Shown here: positions 29,419-38,456 of the stretch, piece after piece
Layout: each line of letters begins with the position of its first letter
How positions within the stretch are numbered: position 1 is the first letter of the stretch
Source of the DNA: a bacterium
GTDB lineage: Bacteria; Patescibacteriota; Patescibacteriia; UBA9934
NCBI GenBank assembly: GCA_043818555.1
Contig: JBDRFP010000002.1
Span: 16,774 to 80,773, forward strand
Direction: 5' to 3'
DNA length: 64,000 nucleotides
Notes under the pieces: generated by a model
Told to the model about the DNA's origin: nothing
Databases searched by the model: none
Seen by the model: only the letters and a program-made list of their open reading frames with translations
Program-made: the position numbers and the translations under genes

Positions 29419-30804
29419 TTAGTCTCGCTTTTCGCGAACCCTTTGCCCTGTTGAAGTATCCTCCACAGTAAAACCCTCCTCGGCAATCTTTCCGCGAATT
29501 ACATCTGACTGACTCCAATCTTTTTCTGCGCGAGCTTTTTGACGCTCGGCTAGCAACTTTTTAATCTTTTCCGATACCTGAACAGGCCTTGCCACATACT
29601 CGCCAAGCTGAAGGCCCAGCACCTCGTCGAGTTTTAGAATCGTCGCTGATTTCGCAGACGATTCCATTTTTTCATCATTAACAATCCCCCACAGCTCTGC
29701 AACAGCGCCAGGCATATCCAAATCGTCGTTGATTTTGGCCTTGAATCGATCGACCGCGTTTGCATCTGCCTCGCCCGGGCTGTCCCACTCGCGCGCAGAA
29801 TCGCGCAGGTTATTCAACGCATTTTGAGCTCCCTCAAGCGCTTCCCAAGTGAAATTAAGCTTCGACCTGTAGTGGGCTGTGAAAGTAAAATATCGGTACG
29901 CCAGCGGATCAAAGCCCTTTTCGATAAGATCATCTACCGTGTAAACATTTCCGAGCGACTTGCTCATTTTCCCGCCGTCAATTAGCAAAAACTCACCATG
30001 TAACCAATAATTAGCCAGCTTGTTGCCGCGCGCGGCAATCGTCTGAGCCATTTCGTTTTCGTGATGCACTGGCGCCAGATCTATCCCGCCGGTGTGAACA
30101 TCAAAAGGCGAGTCCAGATACTTTTCACTCATGGCGCTACATTCAATGTGCCAACCTGGAAAGCCAACGCCCCAAGGAGAATCCCACTCCATTTGGCGGT
30201 GCCCGTCTGCTGGCGAGTACTTCCAAAGCGCAAAGTCGCTTGGATTGCGTTTTTCCTTATTGGCCTCCACGCGCGCGCCTTCTTCTTTTTCTTCAAGCTT
30301 TTGACCGCTAAACTTACCATAGCTGGCGAGCTTAGAAGTATCAAAATAAACCCCATCGCTTGTCCTGTACGTAATTCCCTTCTCCTCAAGTGCCTTAATA
30401 AAAGCAATCTGATCTTCAATGTGTTCAGTTGCCTTTGGCATTGTAGTCGGGCGCTTGTTGCCAAGACGATTCTGATCTTTGAGGAATCTCTCAGTGTAAA
30501 ACTCGGCAACATCCCAAGCGCTCTTTCCTTCGCGACGCATGGCCACGATCATTTTGTCCTCGCCTTCGTCAGCATCATCAGTAAGATGGCCGACATCGGT
30601 GATATTCATAACGTGGCGGACTTCATAACCGTTAAACTCAAGCATGCGACGAAGAACATCGCTCATTATGAAAGTCCTAAAATTGCCAATGCTCGCAGTC
30701 TGATAAACAGTTGGACCACAAGAATACATGCCGACTTTTCCTTTGTGGATCGGTGTAAACTCCTCCTTCCTCCGAGTGAGTGTGTTGTAGAGGGTAATAG
30801 GCAT
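29419..30804 (-). CDS. cysS: cysteine--tRNA ligase
   Basis: YSCGPTVY, NITDVGH, PGWHIECSAM, KMSKS. Confidence 0.98.
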   Translation of the reverse strand: MPITLYNTLTRRKEEFTPIHKGKVGMYSCGPTVYQTASIGNFRTFIMSDVLRRMLEFNGYEVRHVMNITDVGHLTDDADEGEDKMIVAMRREGKSAWDVAEFYTERFLKDQNRLGNKRPTTMPKATEHIEDQIAFIKALEEKGITYRTSDGVYFDTSKLASYGKFSGQKLEEKEEGARVEANKEKRNPSDFALWKYSPADGHRQMEWDSPWGVGFPGWHIECSAMSEKYLDSPFDVHTGGIDLAPVHHENEMAQTIAARGNKLANYWLHGEFLLIDGGKMSKSLGNVYTVDDLIEKGFDPLAYRYFTFTAHYRSKLNFTWEALEGAQNALNNLRDSAREWDSPGEADANAVDRFKAKINDDLDMPGAVAELWGIVNDEKMESSAKSATILKLDEVLGLQLGEYVARPVQVSEKIKKLLAERQKARAEKDWSQSDVIRGKIAEEGFTVEDTSTGQRVREKRD

Positions 30805-31001
30805 AGCGGTGTGCGAGAGTTAGTAGGAAGTAGGTAGTAGGAAGTAGGTTTGGATGCAGGTATTATAGCCGAGTTTTACGTAAAAGTTAAGGTTTCAAAG
30901 GTTTCAAGGGTCGCAAAGGTTTCAGAAGCTCAGTCCGTAGGTCTGTAACGTAAATCAAAATCCCCACTGCTATTTCTAACAGCGGGGACAGGGTGCGGGC
31001 T

Positions 31002-31967
31002 CTAGGCGCGCACCTTGGCGACCTCCAGACTGGCGATCGTGAAGCCGGTTGCTTCTTCGATCTCCCTCCTGCGATCGCGCATGCGATCCATGCGCTCTGC
31101 CATTTCATGAACCATGTCGATGGCCGAGTGCGAACGCACCGACTGCTGGCCGAATTCGCCTTCACACGCCCTGCGACGGGCGTACTCAACCTGGCTCTCC
31201 AGCCATTCTTGGTCGGCCCTGCATGCCACGAGAAAGTCCTTCACCTTCTGGCGGTCGGTGTCCTTCTCGATTAACCCAAGCTCCAGCTGATCCTGAAGAC
31301 CGGCGAGGAACTTCACTTGCCTGTTCCAGCTCTCCAAGCCTTCGAGCAAGGACCGGAATAGCTTGTAGCGGTCGTCCTCAAGCAGAAACTTACCGGGCTT
31401 CCTTCCGCCGAGTGAAACATGGCTCACTTCAAGACTTGGAGCGAGCTCCTTATCTGCGAAGAAGAAATACACCCCTCTTACGACCGCGAGTACGGCCTGT
31501 AGGCCGAGCGGCCGCTTGCCACGAACTTCATCCGGAATCAGCTCTGACCTCACCACATGATAGGCGAATAGGCCGATCGCCAAGAACGGAAAGGTAGCGA
31601 ATCCTGCCAAGACCGCGGCCAAACCGACACCAACTTTCGTGATAGGGCTAATGTTCTGCCAATCCTGATCCAACATGCCCGACAAGCCCATTGCGACAAT
31701 CATCACGACTGCGGTGGCCAACAGGTAAAATGGGGTCGCGATGGGGCCGAGCCACAGTGCGAGCGGCACTGCGAGCGCTGCCCAACCCAACATGGCCGAC
31801 GGGTACCACTTCCCAATCTTCATTGCCATGTCACGGCTGAACGCGCGCTTGCGCGCGAATGCCTGCTGCTCGTGTAGCAGAAGCGTCACGCAGTCGAGCT
31901 TGTTTGCCAGATCTGCCGGCAAACTCTCGATTTTGAACTTCTTGAAAGGAGCAAGCGAATCACTCAT
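31002..31967 (-). CDS. orphan membrane protein with a C-terminal coiled coil
   Basis: 3-4 TM helices; SD GGAG; TTGACA-15-TATACT promoter; terminator at about 30957-30990. Confidence 0.75.
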   Translation of the reverse strand: MSDSLAPFKKFKIESLPADLANKLDCVTLLLHEQQAFARKRAFSRDMAMKIGKWYPSAMLGWAALAVPLALWLGPIATPFYLLATAVVMIVAMGLSGMLDQDWQNISPITKVGVGLAAVLAGFATFPFLAIGLFAYHVVRSELIPDEVRGKRPLGLQAVLAVVRGVYFFFADKELAPSLEVSHVSLGGRKPGKFLLEDDRYKLFRSLLEGLESWNRQVKFLAGLQDQLELGLIEKDTDRQKVKDFLVACRADQEWLESQVEYARRRACEGEFGQQSVRSHSAIDMVHEMAERMDRMRDRRREIEEATGFTIASLEVAKVRA

Positions 31968-32136
31968 GTTTTTCTCCAGTTTTTCAAGTTTTTGTCGATC
32001 TAAAGAACTGCCTACAGTATACCATTTTGGGCTTTTTGTCAAGCTGTCGCGGGGTGTTACAAACCTACAAAATTCAACCCAAAAACCGGGTGGCAGATCC
32101 CGGTTTTATCTAATCCTACTGGCTACTGGCTGCTGT

Positions 32137-32982
32137 CTACTGACTACTTTCATTAACTGGCGGCTGACTGCTGTACATGCCCTGCCCGCGCTCGATTGGC
32201 GGCTTTGGGAATCGTGGTTTTTCAAATACAGGCTTTGGTTCTCCTTCAACATGCTCAGGCGGTACAAAATCTTTTGGCAAATCCTCAGGCCGTACGAAAT
32301 CATCCGGCAACTTTGGAGGCGCTCCAAACATGTGCATCTGCGGCATTATCGCCTGCCTTTCTTCCGGAGTCAAATCAGCCTCGTTAATCTTCTCCTGTAG
32401 CGCCTGCATTTTTTCATCAATTTCCCCAGGCGATGGTCTGCGGTCAATATTATTGACAAATACGGTTTCAAACAGATGGTTGTAACGAAGATTCTGCGCT
32501 TGCAAACGGTCAATTAACCCTCTTCGAAATTCAAGATCGTCCCTGGCGCGAATCAGCTCATCAACAGTAACATCCAGCTCCTCGGCGATCTTCTCAAGAT
32601 GCCCCGGACCCAACCGCTCTTCGCGCATCATCACCTCGCCCTCAGCAATTCGGCGCTCCATCATGCGCGCATGAAACTCCGCAGCGCCCTCTGGGGAACG
32701 AGGCAACAACGCCTCTACAGCTTCAATCCCCCGCTTGAACGGATGCAGAAAATGACCTTGCGTGACTTCCGGACTTGCGTACGCATAACTCCCCATGCCC
32801 ATGGTCACCAACACGACTACCAGAGCCACTGGCATTGCAAGCGCGCGCTTGAACGAAGGCCTGTTTGCCGGATATTCGCGGCCAAACTCATCGCCAAGCT
32901 CGCTTGCAAGAGCGTTCTTAAATCCACGCTCAGGCTTTCCGGCCTTTTTAATTTCTTTTAAGTTTCGTTTGATTTCTTTCAT
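32137..32982 (-). CDS. putative anti-sigma factor (single TM, DUF5667-like)
   Basis: follows the ECF sigma gene; F...L...L, TM helix, AYASP....FLHPFKR..E. Confidence 0.7.
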   Translation of the reverse strand: MKEIKRNLKEIKKAGKPERGFKNALASELGDEFGREYPANRPSFKRALAMPVALVVVLVTMGMGSYAYASPEVTQGHFLHPFKRGIEAVEALLPRSPEGAAEFHARMMERRIAEGEVMMREERLGPGHLEKIAEELDVTVDELIRARDDLEFRRGLIDRLQAQNLRYNHLFETVFVNNIDRRPSPGEIDEKMQALQEKINEADLTPEERQAIMPQMHMFGAPPKLPDDFVRPEDLPKDFVPPEHVEGEPKPVFEKPRFPKPPIERGQGMYSSQPPVNESSQ

Positions 32983-33022
32983 AAATTATAAAATAACATG
33001 GTTTATTATCGCAAAGCAGGGT

Positions 33023-33694
33023 TTATTGACTGTCGACATGGTTTATTTTTCGTGTAGCCTGATTAAAATCCCAGCTAGTCACCTTAACCTCTGCGCTCTT
33101 CGCCATAACCTCTCCGCCATCTGCTAAAACCTCTTCGTTTCTCGCCTTAACCTCTGCGTCCTCAGCGATAACCTCCTTGTTGATTGTTAATGAATTATTC
33201 TGATTTTCGAAAATCGTTTTTAAATTTTTCATTGCTCTATGGGCATCGATCCGAGCAGCCCCGGCAGTCTTGCCGAGTAACTCACCAATTTCTTTATATC
33301 GATAACCGAGCAAATACTTTAGCTCAATTATGTGTTTTTCTTTATCGTCAAGCTCGCACAAAGCAATATTTAGTCGATACTTGTCGTCGGCCTTGATTAA
33401 ATCATCACGGCCATCAGTGCCCTCAATCTTGAACGCGATTTGATCAATGTCGATTACATCCTTTCGATCCCTCCAATGGTTGATTACATGATTGCGGGCA
33501 ATGGTCATAATCCAGGCGTTCTGAGACTGCGCCGGATCATACACCGCAAAACTCCGTAGAGCCTTTATGAAAATCTCGCTCGTAAGATCTTCTGCCACTT
33601 CCCTGTTCATGTTTACACGATAGAACACAAATCGATACACTCGACTGAAATGTTTATTGTAGAATTTGTTGAAATTTGACTTGGTAAGTTGCAT
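33023..33694 (-). CDS. ECF RNA polymerase sigma factor
   Basis: VYRFVF, AEDLTSEIF, AWIMTIARN..I, region 4 YKEIGELLGKT. Confidence 0.93.
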   Translation of the reverse strand: MQLTKSNFNKFYNKHFSRVYRFVFYRVNMNREVAEDLTSEIFIKALRSFAVYDPAQSQNAWIMTIARNHVINHWRDRKDVIDIDQIAFKIEGTDGRDDLIKADDKYRLNIALCELDDKEKHIIELKYLLGYRYKEIGELLGKTAGAARIDAHRAMKNLKTIFENQNNSLTINKEVIAEDAEVKARNEEVLADGGEVMAKSAEVKVTSWDFNQATRKINHVDSQ

Positions 33695-33797
33695 AAACTT
33701 AAATAACTGACGCTTTTGCTTTACACGGCCTGTGAATAAATGTTACTTCGAGTCTATTTTGAGCTTAAACATTGGCATATTTTGGTTAAAAAGTAAA

Positions 33798-33865
33798 GGG
33801 GGTAATCGGATCGCGAAGGGGTTAATCGTAAACAAGAGTTCACAGTTAACAGTTCACAGTTCAGC
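33798..33865. repeat. GGGGTTAA (21-nt period) plus GTTCACA composite repeat, left copy
   Basis: taatcggatcgcgaaggggttaa...aagagttcacagttaacagttcacagttca; matches about 35452-35567. Confidence 0.75.
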
Positions 33866-33959
33866 GACTTGCAATTTTCTACTTATGACTTGAAACATTT
33901 GACTTTAGACTTTCCGACTTTAGACTAAATTAAACCCGGCCGTAACGACCGGGCTAGAA

Positions 33960-34376
33960 TCAGGGATCGCGCTGAAGCGTGGCGAACAAAGGGGTTGCTA
34001 GCCACTGGTCGTGGCCCTTGGGCTCGAGGCGCTGCTGGCAGACCTTCATGAGCGCCGAATAGGTCGCAGGCAGTGGCGAACCCGGGTCGGCGGCCAGTTC
34101 TTTGCACTCAGGAGTATCGACTGGCACGGCCTTCTCTTGTTCGCCCAGCGGATCACGCTCCCACCATCCTGCACGCGAAAGCGACTTTGCCGTCTCCCGC
34201 TCCTTCCACTCGCGCGGGTCGTAGAAGACCCTTGACCTGCTGTCATATGCCCTCACAGCGACCACTCCGGCGGCAAAGATCCTCATGCCGATCGGCCACT
34301 CATGCTTGAACTTGCCGACCACAAGCATTTCACGCACGGCATCAATCAACTCTTTCCCTACCTCTTTCACTGCCAT
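33960..34376 (-). CDS. orphan protein (138 aa)
   Basis: SD GGAGGT; TTGACA-17-TAGTTT promoter; terminator at about 33930-33955. Confidence 0.75.
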   Translation of the reverse strand: MAVKEVGKELIDAVREMLVVGKFKHEWPIGMRIFAAGVVAVRAYDSRSRVFYDPREWKERETAKSLSRAGWWERDPLGEQEKAVPVDTPECKELAADPGSPLPATYSALMKVCQQRLEPKGHDQWLATPLFATLQRDP

Positions 34377-34462
34377 GTTACCTCCGTTTTTTTGATATAA
34401 ATGACTACGCCCAAACTAGCATAAACCAACGATTCTGTCAATATATGCTACAATATCGCCAT

Positions 34463-34879
34463 ATGGACAAAAACAAGATCTTCGACGTAATTAAGGCCTT
34501 AGAGCTCCCAATCAAAGACTTTGCGATTGTTTCAAGCGGACCTATGATTGTTCGCAATCTTATCCCGTGCAATCACGACATTGATATTCTAGCGCGCGGC
34601 AAGGCTTGGGAAATGGTAACTAAACTCGGCGAGGTTACGCAGGCTGCTATGCGCGACCACATGGTTAAACTCGAAAATGGTACGATTGAGATTTTTGATG
34701 GCTGGGCGCCGTCGGACAGGAGCGATGATGAATTGATCGACTCGGCTGAGATGATTGACGGGTTGCCGTTCGTAAAGCTTGAGTACGTTCTGGAGTACAA
34801 AAAGAAGTTAGGTCGAGTTAAAGATTTGAAGCATGTTGAGATTTTGGAAGCTTATTTGGACAAACAAAAAAAGGCCTAG
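34463..34879 (+). CDS. nucleotidyltransferase-fold hypothetical protein
   Basis: SSG.M...HDIDI, IEIF, and K..GR.KD motif of minimal NTase-like proteins. Confidence 0.65.
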   Translation: MDKNKIFDVIKALELPIKDFAIVSSGPMIVRNLIPCNHDIDILARGKAWEMVTKLGEVTQAAMRDHMVKLENGTIEIFDGWAPSDRSDDELIDSAEMIDGLPFVKLEYVLEYKKKLGRVKDLKHVEILEAYLDKQKKA

Positions 34880-34914
34880 GTGGCAAAAGAGGTTAGAAAG
34901 AGGTTATAGAGAGG

Positions 34915-35424
34915 TTAAGCGCGGCCGCGGGTTCCGAGGAGTAATGCCACGGGTGCTAAAGGCCAAAGTATTAGCGCAAGATCGCTCGCAAGTACGCCTC
35001 GTACGACCGGAGAAAGTGAACCAATAACATCGGCTGGTAAAAACATAAACACAGCGGTTAAAAACAGCCCAGTAAATACAGTTGCGAAAATAGCAGACTC
35101 CCAACTCGAAGGCACCACAGACGGCTCAGAAAAGCCGTTTTTTGCTACAACGCCGAAAATAATCAAGAACAGCACTACAAACATTCCAATCTCGCCGTAA
35201 TAAGGCTCTGGGCCAATCGCGGGCGCAGCGTCGATCCAAAAACTTGTAATCATCATAGCCGCAATCGCCATGTAAAGCGCATAAATCATGGTCATATTGT
35301 AGTCCTTGCCAAGCGTGTACGCATACACAATAACGAGCGCAAGTACGCCAAGAACAATCAGCAGGTCAGCTGTGAAGATGTCTGTGTTGATTTCGCTAAG
35401 TTGTTCGAGTGTGTCGGTTGGCAT
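34915..35424 (-). CDS. multi-pass membrane protein
   Basis: about 5 hydrophobic helices; TGG-TATAAT 6 nt before ATG. Confidence 0.8.
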   Translation of the reverse strand: MPTDTLEQLSEINTDIFTADLLIVLGVLALVIVYAYTLGKDYNMTMIYALYMAIAAMMITSFWIDAAPAIGPEPYYGEIGMFVVLFLIIFGVVAKNGFSEPSVVPSSWESAIFATVFTGLFLTAVFMFLPADVIGSLSPVVRGVLASDLALILWPLAPVALLLGTRGRA

Positions 35425-35451
35425 GGGGTGATTATACCATATCGGAAAGCG

Positions 35452-35567
35452 TGGGGGTTAATCGGATCGCGAAGGGGTTAACGAGAGTGCCGGGGGGTTA
35501 ACGGTGGGCTGAAGGGGTTAATCGATGCGCAAGAGTTGACAGTTGATGGTTCACAGTTCACGGTTCA
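35452..35567. repeat. GGGGTTAA plus GTTCACA composite repeat, right copy
   Basis: four ggggttaa units at 21-nt spacing, then agagttgacagttgatggttcacagttca. Confidence 0.75.
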
Positions 35568-35638
35568 TTAACAAAATGAAAACCGCATCTTGATGTTATC
35601 GCTGATGCGGTCGGTAGGGTCGCGGGCCTGTCCACGAT

Positions 35639-35803
35639 CTACGATGGCGATGGCGATGGCGCGGAAGAGTCTTCACGCTTCTCCGACGGCTTGTTGTCGA
35701 TCTTGGCCTGAGCGCAGTCCTCCGGACGGCGCCTCTTGGCCTTGAGAATATCCACGAACTCTGGCGTCATCATGCACGCCTTGCTACCTGCAACAGATGC
35801 CAT
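35639..35803 (-). CDS. 54-aa orphan microprotein (below the ORF-track cutoff)
   Basis: perfect SD AAGGAGGTGA; TTACCA-17-TATCAT promoter; terminator accgcatc/gatgcggt at about 35576-35611; MASVAGSKACMMTPEFVDILKAKRRRP...SPSPS. Confidence 0.7.
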   Translation of the reverse strand: MASVAGSKACMMTPEFVDILKAKRRRPEDCAQAKIDNKPSEKREDSSAPSPSPS

Positions 35804-35876
35804 AACTCACCTCCTTGTTGTACTTTTATGATACCACTGATTGCCGCAGTTGGTAAATCTATACAGGCAAAATACC

Positions 35877-35964
35877 GTCATTGCGAGGAGCCCTGCAACT
35901 CGGCGACGAAGCAATCTACGCGCTAGATCGCTTCGCTAAACGACAAGCAGCCACTCGCGATGAC
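35877..35964. repeat. GTCATTGCGAG-type palindromic element (RPE/REP-like)
   Basis: gtcattgcgaggag...cggcgacgaagcaatct...agatcgcttcgct...ctcgcgatgac; near-identical copy at about 38360-38447. Confidence 0.9.
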
Positions 35965-36045
35965 GAAAAACTATTTTTCTCGCGTAAATCCAATCCCTCA
36001 ACTAACTTATTCTCCATCTTACTCCGATCGTCCTAAGACGGTAAA

Positions 36046-37098
36046 TTACTTTTCTCGTAGATCCAGTTCTTCGACCAACTTCTTTTCCTTCCGGCCTAAT
36101 CGAGTCGGCGTTACAACTTGAACGATTACAATCTGATCGCCTCGACCGCGGGCGGTTTGGACTCCTTTCCCGCGCAGCTTAAGCTTGTCGCCAGCTTGAG
36201 TCCCGGCTGGAATTTTCAGCTTAACCTTACCATCAACCGTGTCAACCTCAACTTCATCGCCCAAAGCCGCCTGAGTAAAACCGATCTTTTTATCAACATA
36301 AATATTGTTGCCTTCGCGACGAAAACGCGGGTCAACATCAACATGCACGCGCAAGTACAAATCACCCGCATTGCCACTCGCCCCAATCGCCTCGCCCTGC
36401 CCGCGCACGCGAATCTGCATTCCGTTCTCAATCCCGGCCGGAATTTCAACTCGAATGGTGCTACGGCCGTATTCCAGGCCGATTCCGTGGCAAGTTGAGC
36501 ATTTGGTCTCCGGGTCCTCTCCTCGGCCCTGACAGGCCGTGCAGGCAGTCTGGCGCTGCATTGTGCCAAACATAGTACGCTGCACCACTGTTTCCATTCC
36601 ACTGCCTTTGCACGCGTCGCAAGTCTTCATGTTTGTGCCAGGTTCAGCTCCAACACCTCCACAGCGCTCGCAATCGCTATTCTTCGATACTTGAAGTTCC
36701 TTTTCGACTCCAAAAACCGATTCTTTAAAACTCAACTTAACATCGACTGCAATGTCAGCCCCTCGCGCCCTGCGAGATCGACCGCCGCCACCCCCAAACC
36801 CTCCTCCGAAAATATCACCAAAAATATCTCCCAAGTCTTCAAAATTAACACCTTGGCCGCTAAAACCTCCTCCAGGAAAACCTCCAGCACCATCAAAAGT
36901 AGTACCAAACTGGTCGTACTGCGCGCGCTTTTCATCGTCATGCAAAATATGATACGCCTCGTTAATCTCTTTAAACTTGGCTTCATCCCCGCCCTTGTCC
37001 GGATGATGCTCATGCGCAAGGCGCCTAAAAGCCCGCTTAACTTCATCCTTCGAAGCGGTTTTATCGACCCCCAATGTTGCGTAGTAATCTTTGGACAT
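36046..37098 (-). CDS. dnaJ: molecular chaperone DnaJ
   Basis: J domain with HPD, G/F region, four CxxCxGxG repeats. Confidence 0.98.
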   Translation of the reverse strand: MSKDYYATLGVDKTASKDEVKRAFRRLAHEHHPDKGGDEAKFKEINEAYHILHDDEKRAQYDQFGTTFDGAGGFPGGGFSGQGVNFEDLGDIFGDIFGGGFGGGGGRSRRARGADIAVDVKLSFKESVFGVEKELQVSKNSDCERCGGVGAEPGTNMKTCDACKGSGMETVVQRTMFGTMQRQTACTACQGRGEDPETKCSTCHGIGLEYGRSTIRVEIPAGIENGMQIRVRGQGEAIGASGNAGDLYLRVHVDVDPRFRREGNNIYVDKKIGFTQAALGDEVEVDTVDGKVKLKIPAGTQAGDKLKLRGKGVQTARGRGDQIVIVQVVTPTRLGRKEKKLVEELDLREK

Positions 37099-37109
37099 GT
37101 TTTTATTTT

Positions 37110-37552
37110 CCCCCCCTTTTTAAGGGGGGATTAAGGGGGGTTACTCGCTTAATCGCTTTAAAGCAACCTTTATTTGATCAATAACCCCCTCGATACTCTC
37201 GTAAACATCAATGTTTGTAAATCTGATTGTCGTAATCGCATTATCTGACATTAAGTAACCTCTTTGCTTGTCATGGTCGCGACCCAGATCGTCGAAATGG
37301 CTATCTCCATCAATCTCAACAACAAGCTTAACCTTCGCACAGTAGAAATCAACAACATAGGGCCCAATCCCCTGCTGTCTACGAAACTTGAACCCGTCGA
37401 CCTGTGAACCGCGTAAATATTGCCACAGTCTCTGCTCTGCAGGCGTCATTTTTCGCCGTAGCTTTCTACGAAAATCAATGCTACTCGTCCAGTTGTACAG
37501 CTTTCGATCCATAGTAACCACCCCCTACCCCTCCTTAAAAAGGAGGGGGGTC
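37110..37552 (-). mobile_element. putative minimal element: DUF559 endonuclease flanked by CCCC/GGGG palindromes
   Basis: cccccctttttaaggggggattaagggggg at one end and ccccctacccctccttaaaaaggaggggg at the other; inserted in the dnaK-dnaJ operon. Confidence 0.55.
37141..37512 (-). CDS. DUF559 / Vsr-like endonuclease
   Basis: LRRKMTPAEQRLW, FRRQ, VDFYC, VEIDG..H, IRFTN. Confidence 0.92.
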   Translation of the reverse strand: MDRKLYNWTSSIDFRRKLRRKMTPAEQRLWQYLRGSQVDGFKFRRQQGIGPYVVDFYCAKVKLVVEIDGDSHFDDLGRDHDKQRGYLMSDNAITTIRFTNIDVYESIEGVIDQIKVALKRLSE

Positions 37553-37556
37553 GAAA

Positions 37557-37745
37557 TTAACTAAACAGCTTTTTCTTGTCCTCCTCCTTCACAACCTTCG
37601 CCTTTGCGTCAACGACCTTTTGCTGGCCCTTGCCAACAGTCTTCTTCCAAATAAAGTTTCGTACAGGTGGAAACGAGAGGATGGTTAGAATTGCACTCCC
37701 AATACCGAGAGCACCCTTCCACATGTAGTGAAGCATTTTTTTCAT
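37557..37745 (-). CDS. small membrane-associated hypothetical protein
   Basis: 62 aa, one hydrophobic helix, lies in the operon between rdgB and DUF559. Confidence 0.6.
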   Translation of the reverse strand: MKKMLHYMWKGALGIGSAILTILSFPPVRNFIWKKTVGKGQQKVVDAKAKVVKEEDKKKLFS

Positions 37746-37755
37746 ATGACAAGCG

Positions 37756-38349
37756 TTAGATTAAACTTTGGTCTTTTAATTTTTGTGCGAGTTTCTTTCC
37801 TGCGCGGACGCGGTGAGAAAGCTCGGATTTTTTATCGTATCGTTCTGCAAGCGTGGCTCCAACATCTTCTGCCCAGAAAATCGTATCAAACGGCAGGCCC
37901 GGCTTGTACTCTGCAGTTCTAGCCTCAGTAATCCGACCATTTAGATGCCCCTCCACTGCAATCTTATTTCCGTCAGGATCTACATACACCATTGCTGTCG
38001 TAAACCTTGCTGTGCGTTTTTCAAGAGGCACTCCTTCAAGCTTTTCAAGGCACAAGTCGATCAACTCCTCGTCTTCAGCCTCGTAACCCGGCCATCTGCG
38101 AACCTTTAGCCCAGGCTCGCCATCCAGCGCGTCGATGAATAACCCAGTATCGTCCCCGATCGTCGGCAGTCCACTAGCCTCCATACCAGCGCGCGCCTTC
38201 TTGAGCGCATTACCCTCAAGCGTTTGCTGATCTTCGTCAACGTCAAGTTCGATACCCCGATCTTTAAGCGTGACCGTATCGATCCCACCGAGAATCTTCG
38301 AAATCTCCTCGGCTTTACCTTGATTGTTAGTGCAGACTAGAATTGGCAT
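37756..38349 (-). CDS. rdgB: non-canonical purine NTP pyrophosphatase (HAM1/RdgB family)
   Basis: TNN.GK..E, NALKKA, DDTGL.IDAL.GEPG, FDTIF, SHR. Confidence 0.9.
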   Translation of the reverse strand: MPILVCTNNQGKAEEISKILGGIDTVTLKDRGIELDVDEDQQTLEGNALKKARAGMEASGLPTIGDDTGLFIDALDGEPGLKVRRWPGYEAEDEELIDLCLEKLEGVPLEKRTARFTTAMVYVDPDGNKIAVEGHLNGRITEARTAEYKPGLPFDTIFWAEDVGATLAERYDKKSELSHRVRAGKKLAQKLKDQSLI

Positions 38350-38359
38350 ACATGCATCT

Positions 38360-38447
38360 GTCATTGCGAGGAGCTCAGAAACTCGGCGACGAAGCAATCT
38401 AACGAGTAGATTGCTTCGCTAAACGACAAACGACCACTCGCAATGAC
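38360..38447. repeat. GTCATTGCGAG-type palindromic element, second copy
   Basis: gtcattgcgaggag...gacgaagcaatct...agattgcttcg...ctcgcaatgac. Confidence 0.9.
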
Positions 38448-38456
38448 GAATTAAAT

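Noticed and set aside
30061-30837. Long antisense ORFs (also 15944-16462, 31741-32400, 49482-50153, 54592-55251)
   Set aside because: They are shadows opposite well-supported genes and have no expression signals.
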